A stretch of 64,000 nucleotides of DNA from Candidatus Bipolaricaulota bacterium (GTDB lineage: Bacteria > Bipolaricaulota > Bipolaricaulia > UBA7950 > UBA9294): NCBI GenBank assembly GCA_040752575.1, contig JBFMGK010000043.1, positions 23,142-87,141 on the forward strand, read 5' to 3'. Positions within the stretch are counted from its first letter, which is position 1, and every line of letters starts with the position of its first letter. Below, one piece after another: positions 29,641 through 39,153 of this stretch. The translations under genes and the position numbers were made by a program. The notes beneath the pieces are model-generated. The model had not been told where the DNA came from. It saw nothing but the letters and a program-made list of their open reading frames with translations, and searched no databases.

Positions 29641-32600
29641 ATGGCGCTGAGGAAGACGAGGGTTCTCTTGCTGGCTCTTCTGGCAGCGGCCAGTGCGGTC
29701 GGGCACCTGTCGGCTGAACCGGACGAGATGGGAGCGTGGGTTCAGAGCGGGGGCCCTCCGGGCGGCGGGCTGGGAGCGGTCGAGGTCGATCCGATCCTGC
29801 CGGATATCTTGTACGCAGGGGGGGCCGACGGCCGCATCTTCCGGTCCGAGGATGGCGGGGATCACTGGAAGCAGCTGGCAGTCCCTATGGCCGGAGGGAT
29901 CGCGCAGATCATCGCCAGTCCGTTCGAGGCGGGTACGCTCTTCCTGCGGATGGCCGAGAGCCCGTTTCTTGTCAAGGGAACCAGCCACGGCGATGAGTGG
30001 TCCCTACTCGCCTTCGCCTCGGCGGATGACGGCATCCGCAGCCTGGCGATCTCGACGGCGTCTCCAGCGCTGATTGTGGTCGGAACGCGCATGGGTCGCG
30101 TCTACACGTCGTCCGACCACGGCAAGACGTGGACCGATGTGTCCACGTCACTCAACCCGGGACTTCCAGTCGTCTCTGTCGCGGCGCGCGAGAGTGGGGA
30201 GATATGGGCTGCCACCCAGGATGGCTCAGGGAACGGCCAGGTCTTCTACTCGCTCGACTTCGGGGAGTCTTGGTCATCCTTGCCGGTGGCCGGCACGTGC
30301 ACGATGGCTCCGGAATCGGATTACCTGTCGGTCATGGTCGATCCCACCGAGCCGAGCACGGTCTACGTTGGCCGGAAGGATCTGACCAACCTGACGCAGT
30401 ATCCGGACTACGGCTACCTGTATCGCATCGACACGGAGGGTTTCTCCTGCACGCCCATCGATCCGCCGGGCCAGCACTCGTCGACGCAGGGCGTCCACTT
30501 CGATGAGACAAGCGGCACGCTGTATGTCGCCCGCGGGATGGACGTCTTCTACACGACGGATCGCGGGGAGTCCTGGGCCGTGCTGCCGCTGCCAATCGAC
30601 TTCACGTATGTGGATCCGCAGGAATTGGCGACGGATCCGCGAAGCGCCGGAGTCGTCTACCTGGCGACGAAAGCGACGGGAATCGGGAAGACGACCGATC
30701 AGGGCGTCACGTGGATTCAGGTGAACGAAGGGATCGTCGCCACGGCGGTCACGCTCATCGAGATCCCGCCCGGCGACGCCAGCGGAACCGTATACGCTAC
30801 GGGCGGCCCCGCACTCTGGAAAAGCGAGACATGGGGACAGGCCTGGACCCAGATCGATCGGCCCGACATCACCCACCCGTTCTTCGATGAGATCCGCGTC
30901 AATCCGCACGACACCGACGAAGTCTGGGCCGTGACCGATGTTGGGCACATCTTCGTCAGCGACACGGGCGGAGCCACCTGGGTCGAGACGGTAGACCCTA
31001 CGCCGTCAGGCAGAGGCTTCCGCTATGGCTCGATCTACGCGCTGGCCGTCTCGCCGAGCACTCCCGACGTCATGTACGCGCTCAAGAGCGGATTCGGGCT
31101 GTATCGGAGCGATACCGGTGGCGGCCACTGGCTCTTCCTGCGCAACAGCGAGGTGGACTATTCCTACTCGATCGCCGTCCACCCCACGGACCCGGATGTC
31201 GTGCTGAGCGGTTATAACCCGAAACCCTTTCAGAATGAGAGCATGATCAGGAGGTCGGAAGACGGCGGGCTCACGTGGAGTACGCCGCTAACGGTCGAGG
31301 GATCTTCGGGGATGACGTCCGTGGTGTTCGATCCGACGGACCCCACCCGGGTGTACGCTGCGAGCACGGGAACGGGCGGCGGAACCCTCTGGCGAAGTCT
31401 AGACGGCGGGCGCGGTTTCGAGGAACTAGATCCTCATCTCAACTTCACGAATATCCACACGATGACGGCCGATGCCGGCGACCCAGAGATCGCCCTCGCA
31501 GCGGTCTGGGGGGGTGGAACGTTCTACACGCGAGACGCGGGCGTCACGTGGCAACGTCTGCCGAACGAGCCGACGATTTCGGCGTCGTCGGTCTTGACGG
31601 GGTTCTCGGGAGACGCCCTTGTGCTCTATCTCGCCGATCGGACCTCTCCAAGAATCTACAAGAGCACGGCCCCGTGGGCCGGGGAGTGGGAGACGCTGTT
31701 CGACGGGACAGCACTGGGTCTCTACCGCGTGCTCGCGGCAGCGAAGTCGAGTTCGGAGCCGGCCGTCATCTACGCGTCGCTCTTCCATCGGCAAGGGGGA
31801 CCGATGAGCGGCAGCGTCTACCGGATCGAGAACGGTCGACCGCCGGTTGACATCACCGCCGGCCTTCCTCCGCGCCTGCCCGTCGCGCTGACCGTCGATC
31901 CCACGGATCCGGAGACGGTCTACGCTGTTCTCCACGGGTACGGCGTTTACAAGACGGCGGACGGCGGCGACTCCTGGGTGGAGCTGTCCGGCGCAGGAAG
32001 CCGGTTGCCGCAGCCGCCGGAAACGGCCGGCTTCTCCGGCTTGGTTGTCGATCCCTGGATGCCCGATACCCTCTATCTCTTTGGCGGCTGCGACGTCGAG
32101 GTGGATCTGAGCCGCTCGGGCGTTGCGTCGGCGAAACTCAACACCGTCTACCGCTCCACGGACGCCGGTGCGACATGGGACAACCTCGACGACGGCCACT
32201 TCGGCGCGAACAGCGGGCCGATCAAAGGACTGACCGTCATGCCAGGAGCGCCCGACGTGATGTTCGTTGGCGCGGCGCACGGGGTCTTCCGGAGCCTGGA
32301 CGGTGGGCGGAGTTGGGAGGCCGTCCACAACGGACTCCCCTTTCTCTCGACGGCCGGCGTCTGGATGAGTGCTCGCGGGACGGAGATCTATGTCCCCACT
32401 CTGGGGGGCGGGCTGTTTGTCGGCGCGGTCGGCGACGGCGGGCGAACGGTTGTTTGGGCGAAGGAGAGTGCGTTCACGACGCCGATTGCCCACGTCCAGC
32501 TCACGATCGACCCGAGCGATTCCGACACACTCTACGCCAGCGCTTATCCCGGGGGGGTCTTCAAGAGCACCGATGGTGGAGACAGCTTCAGCGAGCAGAA

Positions 32601-33759
32601 CTTCGGCCTGCCGAGCTTCGAGATCGATGATCCGCTGCGGCAGGGCTACTACGCCCTTGCGCTTGCTCCTTCGGACAGCCAAGTGGCCTATCTCGGCCTC
32701 TACGGTGTGGGCGTCTACAAGTCCTGCGACGGCACCGACACATGGGTTCCCGCCAATGGCGAGGACGACGTGCTGGCCGGCCAGCCGGTCACGGCCCTCA
32801 TTGTCAGCGAGCAAGATGCCAGACTCGTCTACGTCGGCACCGAGGATGGCGTCTACCGGTCATCGGATGGGGGAACTCGCTGGAGTCTCCTCTCGGATCC
32901 GACGCTCGAGGCGCCCATAGATGTCCGGACGCTTGCGTTCGGAGGAGGCGGGGCGCTGCTGATCGGAACTAAGGGGTACGAGATCTTTCGATACGGCGGC
33001 GGGACGTTCGTACAGCTCGACGGGTTCGGCAACGCAGGCGCGATCTGGCCGATTTGGGACGATCGACCGCTCTACCAGTACACGGCGCTTGCCTTTCACC
33101 CAACCGATCCGTCGACCGTCATCCTCGGTACGTTTCCCGCCGGCATCTTCATCAGTCACGACGCCGGGCAGACCTATCGAGAAAGCAACGTCGGCTGGGG
33201 AAACGACGGCGTCTTCTCGGTGGTCTTCCATCCGGACGATCCCGAAACGATCTTCGTCGGTACGTACAACGGGGTGAACGTCAGTACCGATGGGGGAGAA
33301 CATTGGCGCACCCTCGACAACGGCTGGCCGGAGGAGCAGTGGGTCTTCTCGATCGCCTTCGACCCGGCTGACCCGGACATCCTGTACGCCTGCTCGAAGA
33401 ACGGCGAGAACGAAGGAACGGGGCGCGACGGCTTCCATGGCATCGTCATGAAGTCGATCGATGGTGGGAACGGGTGGTTCGAGATCATGAACGGCCTTGA
33501 CCGCCGATGCGAGTTCTACAAGATCATCGCCGATCCGATGAGGCCCGGGCGCCTATACCTTGCCACCGACTCCAGAGGGGTGTTACTCAGTAACGACTCG
33601 GGCGATACCTGGGAAGCGTGGAACACCGGACTGACCAGCCTCGGCGCAGGCTCGAACGGCAACAACGTGACGGACGTCTTGCGCCTCTCGGCCGACGCGA
33701 CGGTCATCTACTTCGGAACGTCGGGTTCGGGAGTGTTCTGGCGCATGATCGACGATTGA
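29641..33759 (+). CDS. Large secreted multi-beta-propeller BNR/Asp-box protein (YCF48/VPS10/GH74-like)
   Basis: Signal peptide; many SxDGGxxW and DPxxPxxxY repeats over about 1370 aa. Confidence 0.88.
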   Translation: MALRKTRVLLLALLAAASAVGHLSAEPDEMGAWVQSGGPPGGGLGAVEVDPILPDILYAGGADGRIFRSEDGGDHWKQLAVPMAGGIAQIIASPFEAGTLFLRMAESPFLVKGTSHGDEWSLLAFASADDGIRSLAISTASPALIVVGTRMGRVYTSSDHGKTWTDVSTSLNPGLPVVSVAARESGEIWAATQDGSGNGQVFYSLDFGESWSSLPVAGTCTMAPESDYLSVMVDPTEPSTVYVGRKDLTNLTQYPDYGYLYRIDTEGFSCTPIDPPGQHSSTQGVHFDETSGTLYVARGMDVFYTTDRGESWAVLPLPIDFTYVDPQELATDPRSAGVVYLATKATGIGKTTDQGVTWIQVNEGIVATAVTLIEIPPGDASGTVYATGGPALWKSETWGQAWTQIDRPDITHPFFDEIRVNPHDTDEVWAVTDVGHIFVSDTGGATWVETVDPTPSGRGFRYGSIYALAVSPSTPDVMYALKSGFGLYRSDTGGGHWLFLRNSEVDYSYSIAVHPTDPDVVLSGYNPKPFQNESMIRRSEDGGLTWSTPLTVEGSSGMTSVVFDPTDPTRVYAASTGTGGGTLWRSLDGGRGFEELDPHLNFTNIHTMTADAGDPEIALAAVWGGGTFYTRDAGVTWQRLPNEPTISASSVLTGFSGDALVLYLADRTSPRIYKSTAPWAGEWETLFDGTALGLYRVLAAAKSSSEPAVIYASLFHRQGGPMSGSVYRIENGRPPVDITAGLPPRLPVALTVDPTDPETVYAVLHGYGVYKTADGGDSWVELSGAGSRLPQPPETAGFSGLVVDPWMPDTLYLFGGCDVEVDLSRSGVASAKLNTVYRSTDAGATWDNLDDGHFGANSGPIKGLTVMPGAPDVMFVGAAHGVFRSLDGGRSWEAVHNGLPFLSTAGVWMSARGTEIYVPTLGGGLFVGAVGDGGRTVVWAKESAFTTPIAHVQLTIDPSDSDTLYASAYPGGVFKSTDGGDSFSEQNFGLPSFEIDDPLRQGYYALALAPSDSQVAYLGLYGVGVYKSCDGTDTWVPANGEDDVLAGQPVTALIVSEQDARLVYVGTEDGVYRSSDGGTRWSLLSDPTLEAPIDVRTLAFGGGGALLIGTKGYEIFRYGGGTFVQLDGFGNAGAIWPIWDDRPLYQYTALAFHPTDPSTVILGTFPAGIFISHDAGQTYRESNVGWGNDGVFSVVFHPDDPETIFVGTYNGVNVSTDGGEHWRTLDNGWPEEQWVFSIAFDPADPDILYACSKNGENEGTGRDGFHGIVMKSIDGGNGWFEIMNGLDRRCEFYKIIADPMRPGRLYLATDSRGVLLSNDSGDTWEAWNTGLTSLGAGSNGNNVTDVLRLSADATVIYFGTSGSGVFWRMIDD

Positions 33760-33869
33760 CGCAACCACGACGATGCTGTCTCCCGCTATCCCGCGGGTGG
33801 ACCGCAAGTCCAGATCGACGTTCCGCGCACAGAGCCTGCTGGCACCCGTCGCCGGTCGGAGCAAGCCGG

Positions 33870-34397
33870 TCAGAGAGCAAACAGGCACCAGCACTTCTCG
33901 TTGCGCAGTCTCTGGTCATCGAGCACGAGGTCGCGGATCTCGCTTGGGAGCTGTGCTCGTTGCCACTGGCACTCCCGGCGGCCAGCCTCGAGACGCTCTT
34001 CTCCAGAAGCCGCCGCGCGTGCGGCGCGGATTCCGTACGCCGCGGCGCCCAGTTCGTGGGCGGCCACATGAGCCACAGCCACGGCCTGACCCGCGGCGTG
34101 CGCCGCCTCTCGCGCCGCTCCGCTCACGTCTCGGGCCGCGGCGTTGGCAGCGAAGGCCGCCGTACGGGCTTCCGTCATCGTGATCTCGCCCCGCGCCCAA
34201 GCGCGCGCCTGGGCAATCGCCTGCCGCGGGCGGTCGTCACCGGGCTGCGCCTGCTCATAGAAGTGGAGCACGTGCTCGGCGCAGTCGGCCGCCCACACCG
34301 CGAGGAGGCGATGATCAACGTCCTCGAGCGTGCCGCCGCGACGCACGGTGACAAGCCTGGGATCCCTCTTGTGCGTGAAGATGACTTGCCTGCCCAT
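33870..34397 (-). CDS. Imm-5-like domain putative immunity protein
   Basis: RDPRLVTVRRGGTL..HRLLAVWAADCAEHVL, DDRPRQAI, AGQAVAVAHVAAH, ECQWQR. Confidence 0.8.
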   Translation of the reverse strand: MGRQVIFTHKRDPRLVTVRRGGTLEDVDHRLLAVWAADCAEHVLHFYEQAQPGDDRPRQAIAQARAWARGEITMTEARTAAFAANAAARDVSGAAREAAHAAGQAVAVAHVAAHELGAAAYGIRAARAAASGEERLEAGRRECQWQRAQLPSEIRDLVLDDQRLRNEKCWCLFAL

Positions 34398-34665
34398 CCG
34401 TGCTCCTCTCACCGAACGTCCTCCACCGGGCGGGTGCCCCCGCGCCGCACGAGCCCCAATCTATCCGTTTTGCGGCCAGAGCACAGCGGCCGATCTTGGC
34501 CTGGCGGGGTGCTGTCCCGTCCGCAACGGCAGTCTGCCGAGAGACGGCAGGAAGCCGGCTTGCGGAGAATCCTCACGCTGCGGTACGGTTGGTCTGACAG
34601 CCGACACCCACGCGGCTGCTCGTTCATCCCTACCCAAGGCGCTCACAGCAGGAGGTTACGATCTG

Positions 34666-35322
34666 ATGAAGCCCAATGCCGAGATCGTCCGCGAGGCTCT
34701 TGACCAGGTCGTCAATCGGAAGACGATCGATGCCTGGGACCAGTACTTCAGCCCCGACTACGTCGCGCGCGGCGCTCCCTTCATCGGCATGGGGTTCTCC
34801 AGAGACACCTCCGGGAACAAGCACATCATCAGCGCCATCACCCCCGGCAGTCCTGCCGAGGGCAAGCTCCGAATTGGAGATGAGCTCCTGTGGGTCGAGG
34901 ATGCGCGCCGGCGTTGGGAGACCTACGAGGACATCTCGAAGGGGCTCCAGATCTACCACGGCAGCCAGCTCAGGCTCGGCGTACGTCGGGGCCAAGAGAC
35001 CGTCGAGGCCGAACTGACCCGCGGCCTCACGCGGGGCTTCGATACCGACAACGTCCAGGCGAAGGCGGACATGCTGGAGTTCATGACGCACGAGATCCCC
35101 GACCTGAGCGTCGACATCAAGCTGATCCTCGCCGACGGGGACAAGGTGTGCTGTCTGATGGAATACCGCGGCACCCATGCCACCTTCAAGCGAGAGGCCA
35201 TCTGGAGAGAGATCTGGATCGTACGCCTCTCCGAAGGCAAGATCGTCGAGAGTTGGCCGCTTCCCGACGTGGATGCCTACCTGAGACAGCTCGGCTACCA
35301 GCTCGTCCCGCCAAGCCAGTGA
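34666..35322 (+). CDS. SnoaL/ester-cyclase-fold protein with inserted PDZ domain
   Basis: SnoaL N-part (DQYFSPDYV) and C-part (PDLSVDI..ADGDKV..YRGTH..EGKIVESW) flank a PDZ segment (FIGMGF..TPGSPAEGKLRIGD). Confidence 0.78.
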   Translation: MKPNAEIVREALDQVVNRKTIDAWDQYFSPDYVARGAPFIGMGFSRDTSGNKHIISAITPGSPAEGKLRIGDELLWVEDARRRWETYEDISKGLQIYHGSQLRLGVRRGQETVEAELTRGLTRGFDTDNVQAKADMLEFMTHEIPDLSVDIKLILADGDKVCCLMEYRGTHATFKREAIWREIWIVRLSEGKIVESWPLPDVDAYLRQLGYQLVPPSQ

Positions 35323-35469
35323 GGCGCTCAGGCGAAACGGGTCCTGCCCCACCGCCGCGAGGACCCTGTCAACGTAGCGTCGCAGCAAGCCTTCGGCGTC
35401 GGGGCCGAAGGAAGCTGTGACGTTGTCTTGTGCGCCATGCGTGATAGCAAGACCTCGTACATTGCCGAA

Positions 35470-35675
35470 TCGATGACGAAGTCTGTTGCTCTCTAGACTG
35501 GTGACGGATGGAGAGCCTATCGGGTGGGCAGGTCGGGCAAGACTGGAACGACAGCAATGTCAGTTCGTGGGTCAGGTGGACCGCCCTCCCACAAGCCCGG
35601 ACAGCATCTGGAGCGCAGCTCTCGCTGCAGCTCGTGTCTACGAGGTCAGGCTGGAGAGGGCAGCCCACTCGAACT
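35470..35675 (+). ncRNA. Bridge RNA of the IS110 element (5' hairpin, target-binding loop, donor-binding loop)
   Basis: Guides GCAAGAC (35537-43), GGGTCAGG (35569-76), ACAGCATCT (35601-09) and TACGAG (35639-44) match target and donor halves and flank inner hairpins. Ends approximate. Confidence 0.85.
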
Positions 35676-35707
35676 CCCCATCACATCTGCATGGATGGAG
35701 GTTCCGC

Positions 35708-36667
35708 ATGCACTGTATCGGTGTCGATGTCAGCAAGCAAGAGCTCGTCACGTACGACGGCGTGAGCGAGCGAGTGTTCGCCAACACGCCAGGACTCGCA
35801 TCCTTTCGTCGGTTCATTGGAAGCGAGCCCGATCTGGTCATCGTCTTCGAGCCAACGAGCACCTACTCACGCCGTCTGGAGACGCTCTGCCGAACGGAGA
35901 GGATCGCCTGTTGCCAGCTCAATCCCCGGGTCGTGCCGCATTACCGCCAGGTGGGGAAGGGTCGCTCGAAGACAGACAAGACCGATGCCGAGCTTCTCTA
36001 CCGCTACGGCATCGAACGCGGGCGGGAAGAAGCCGGGCAGTTGACGAACGACGCTCTGGCTCAGGCTGTGGCAGCGCGCCTTGCCTGCCACCGGGTCGTG
36101 CAGAAGGCTCGCGTCGCGTACCAGGGACTGCTCGATGCACTCGAACACGACCCAGCGACGGAGAAGGAACTCCTTGGTGGGCTTCGCCGCGAGATCGCAG
36201 AGCTCAAGGCGCGCGAGGCACGACACCTCGAGGAAGCTCAGGCAGCCGTTGCCGTGGATGCGGACGCCGCGGAGCGCTTTGGCGTCCTGTTATCGATCCC
36301 CGACATCGGCCCGATGACGGCGCTTACGCTGCTCGCGCTGTTCCGGAAGTACCCCGGCGTGAATCGGCAGCAGCTCGTCGCGCTAGGTGGACTCGATCCG
36401 ATTCAGGTTCAGTCGGGGCCCTCAGTCCACGGCAAGTCACGGATCAGCAAGCGTGGCAGCCGTGAGGTGCGCAAGTGCCTGTTTGAAGCGACTCTGTCTG
36501 CGGCGCGCTTCAACCCAAGCATCCGCGTCATCTACCGCCGACTCAAGGCCGAGGGCAAGCCGGACAAGGTCGCACGGATCGCTGCAGCAAGGAAGCTTCT
36601 ACTTCTTGCACACGCCATCTACGAAAGCGGGCAGCCATTCCGCGCTCCCGTCGAGGAGGTGAGTTGA
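35708..36667 (+). CDS. IS110 DEDD recombinase/transposase
   Basis: IGVDVSK, FEPT, KTDKTDA (DEDD); SIPDIG, QSGPS (catalytic Ser), SKRG, ARKLL; RBS GGAGG. Confidence 0.96.
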   Translation: MHCIGVDVSKQELVTYDGVSERVFANTPGLASFRRFIGSEPDLVIVFEPTSTYSRRLETLCRTERIACCQLNPRVVPHYRQVGKGRSKTDKTDAELLYRYGIERGREEAGQLTNDALAQAVAARLACHRVVQKARVAYQGLLDALEHDPATEKELLGGLRREIAELKAREARHLEEAQAAVAVDADAAERFGVLLSIPDIGPMTALTLLALFRKYPGVNRQQLVALGGLDPIQVQSGPSVHGKSRISKRGSREVRKCLFEATLSAARFNPSIRVIYRRLKAEGKPDKVARIAAARKLLLLAHAIYESGQPFRAPVEEVS

Positions 36668-36684
36668 CATTCGATACAGCATCT

Positions 36685-36896
36685 GACCCCGGCACCCCTG
36701 ACCCCGTCGCCCGGCGCACGGTTCAGGACCCATCAGGCGACCGACACGTGCAGCGGGAGCGGATCTTCATCCTTCTGGTCGCCTCCCCCGCAAATCGGGC
36801 GCCAGCCTGCTCGATGCGTGGCGAAGACTGAAGATCTGACCCCGTCGCCCCGATTGACGTGCTTGGACGGCGGGGGCAGGTCTTGCTATCACGCAT
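36685..36896. repeat. REP-like repeat cluster, family B (GCAAGACCTGACCCC)
   Basis: CCTGACCCCGTCGCCC at 36697, AAGATCTGACCCCGTCGCCC at 36831, and inverted GGGGGCAGGTCTTGCTATCACGCAT at 36872-36896. Confidence 0.8.
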
Positions 36897-37003
36897 CTAT
36901 GGCGCTCGACAGCCGGCGTGTGGATCCGACCCTCGCATCGGTGCGGAGCAAGAAGAGAGGGCCGGCGCTGCTCAGCGTCAGCCCTCAGATGTAGCTCTGG
37001 TAG

Positions 37004-38455
37004 TTAGTAGGCGCGGGCGAAATAGGCCTTGCCGAACGCGGGCTTGTTGCAGACGGCACAGACCTTGCCCTTCGGCTCCCACTCCGGATTCAGGTCCAGA
37101 GGGAAACACCGACTGGTTGCCTTTGTCTCTTCTTTGATCTTGTCCTCGCACTCGCGTGTGCCGCAGTGGTAGATGAGCGCCCAGCCGTCTTCGACGATCT
37201 TCTTGAGGTCGTCGTAGGTCTCGGCATCGTGCAGGTGCGCGTCGCGGAACATTCGCGCTGTCTCGAGCATCGACTTCTGGATGTCCGCAAGCAGGGTCTG
37301 GACCCGAGGAGCAAGTCCGTCGAAGGTCATGGACTGCTTCGCCTCTTTGCCAGGCACGTCGCGGCGGCAGGCCATCACGGAGCGTCCGGCGACGTCGCGC
37401 GGGCCGATCTCGAGCCGCACGGGGACACCGCGCATCTCCCAATCGTTGAAGCGGAAGCCGGGCGAGAGGCCTTCGCGCGCGTCGAGATGAACGCGAACGT
37501 CGGCGGCCTCGAGCTGAGCCTTCACTTCGCCCGCGAACGCGAAGACGGCGGCCTTCTCTTCGTCGGACTTGAAGATCGGCACGATCACGACTTGGATGGG
37601 CGCGATCGCGGGCGGCAGGCGCAGACCCTTATCGTCGCCGTGCGTCATCACGACGGCGCCGACGGTGCGCGTGGTCATGCCCCACGAGGTGGTCCAGACG
37701 AACTTGCGCTCGTTGTCGACGTCGAGGAACTGGATGTCGAACGCCTTGGCGAAGTTCTGGCCGAGGAAGTGCGAGGTCGCGCCCTGCAGCGCCCACGCGT
37801 TACCCATCATCGACTCGATGGTGTAGGTGTCGTCGGCGCCGGCGAACTTCTCCTGCGGGCTCTTGCGGCCCTTGATCACGGGGATCGCGCAGACCTGTTC
37901 GGATACCTCGACGTAGATGTCGAGGATCTTCAGCGTCTCCTCAACGGCCTCCTCGCGCGTCGCATGCGCGGTGTGGCCTTCCTGCCAGAGGAACTCGGTC
38001 GTCCGCAGGAAGAGGCGGGGGCGCATTTCCCAGCGGACGACGTTCGCCCACTGGTTGATCAACATCGGCAGATCGCGGTAAGACTGGATCCACTTCGCAT
38101 ACGCCTCACCGAACAGGGTCTCGGACGTGGGGCGAACGACGAGCGGCTCTTCCAGTTGGCTTCCGCCGCCGTGTGTCACGATGGCGAGCTCGGGTTTGAA
38201 GCCCTCGACGTGCTCGGCCTCTTTTTCGATGAAGCTCATCGGGATGAACAGCGGGAAATAGGCGTTCCTGTGCCCGGTTGCCTTGAAGCGGCGGTCCAGG
38301 GCGGACTTGATGCCTTCCCACAGCTCGTAGCCGTAGGGCTTGATGATCATGCAACCGCGAACGGGCGCGTAATCCGCCAGATCGGCCTGCTGCACGACGT
38401 CCGTGTACCAGCGCGAGTAGTCCTCGCTACGTGGGGTCACGCCTTGCGTAGCCAT
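37004..38455 (-). CDS. proS: Proline--tRNA ligase (archaeal/eukaryote-type)
   Basis: VRPTSE, QWANVVRWEMRPRLFLRTTEFLWQEGHT, HGDDKGLRLPP, C-terminal ARAY. Confidence 0.98.
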   Translation of the reverse strand: MATQGVTPRSEDYSRWYTDVVQQADLADYAPVRGCMIIKPYGYELWEGIKSALDRRFKATGHRNAYFPLFIPMSFIEKEAEHVEGFKPELAIVTHGGGSQLEEPLVVRPTSETLFGEAYAKWIQSYRDLPMLINQWANVVRWEMRPRLFLRTTEFLWQEGHTAHATREEAVEETLKILDIYVEVSEQVCAIPVIKGRKSPQEKFAGADDTYTIESMMGNAWALQGATSHFLGQNFAKAFDIQFLDVDNERKFVWTTSWGMTTRTVGAVVMTHGDDKGLRLPPAIAPIQVVIVPIFKSDEEKAAVFAFAGEVKAQLEAADVRVHLDAREGLSPGFRFNDWEMRGVPVRLEIGPRDVAGRSVMACRRDVPGKEAKQSMTFDGLAPRVQTLLADIQKSMLETARMFRDAHLHDAETYDDLKKIVEDGWALIYHCGTRECEDKIKEETKATSRCFPLDLNPEWEPKGKVCAVCNKPAFGKAYFARAY

Positions 38456-38652
38456 GCTGTCCCTCCCTTTCCTCGCGGCAAAGGTAGAAGAGCGCCGAAC
38501 GCCTGACCGGGGACGGCGCTTGCGCCGACAGCGCGAGGGCCGTCGGCGTGCGGAAGTGTACTGCCCCGATCCGGCGAAGGAAACCGACGGCCTCTTGACG
38601 AACGCCACGGGTGGACCTACGGTGAAGCATCACGCGATAGGGGGTGATCGAC

Positions 38653-39120
38653 ATGCTGCCCGTCAAGAAAGTCCTGTGTCCAACTGACTTCAGCGATCCC
38701 TCGGCCCGCGGCCTCGCGGCGGCGGTGGAGATCGCCCAGGCCGAAAACGCGGAACTCCTCATTGTTCACGTCGTCGGGACGATCCCGGCCGTTGAGTCGC
38801 CGTCCGGCGCCGCCGCCTTCGACATCGCGTCGTACCAGGACGAACTCGTGCGCAGCGCGCGCGCGGCGCTCGAGGAGCGAAGGCGTCGACGCGTTCCGGA
38901 AGGCGTCAAGGCGCGAACCCTGGTCAGCGTCGGCGACGCCGCGCACGAGATCGCGCGGATCGCCGAGGATGAGGGTGTGGATCTCATCGTCGTTTCGACG
39001 CACGGGAAGACCGGGTGGCGGGAGAGAATCTTCGGTTCGGTGGCCGAGAAGATCGTGCGGCTCGCCCGCTGTTCCGTGTTGACGATCCCGTGTTATCCTG
39101 CGGGCTCCTGCCCGCGCTAG
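38653..39120 (+). CDS. Universal stress protein
   Basis: LCPTDFSDPS, DLIVVSTHGKTG..IFGSVAEKIVR. Confidence 0.95.
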   Translation: MLPVKKVLCPTDFSDPSARGLAAAVEIAQAENAELLIVHVVGTIPAVESPSGAAAFDIASYQDELVRSARAALEERRRRRVPEGVKARTLVSVGDAAHEIARIAEDEGVDLIVVSTHGKTGWRERIFGSVAEKIVRLARCSVLTIPCYPAGSCPR

Positions 39121-39153
39121 AAACCCTCAACGTAAGAAGGGAACGACTAGACC

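Larger units (their letters stand above)
35456..36684 (+). mobile_element. IS110-family insertion sequence, complete, CT core at both junctions
   Basis: Left junction ...GCAAGAC-CT|CGTAC; right junction ACAGCAT-CT|GACCCC. The rejoined empty site matches a nearby repeat copy at 36872-36896. Confidence 0.92.

Noticed and set aside
29641..34397. Toxin-immunity pair (large secreted protein + Imm-5-like)
   Set aside because: The genes are convergent and the large protein is propeller repeats to its end, with no toxin domain.
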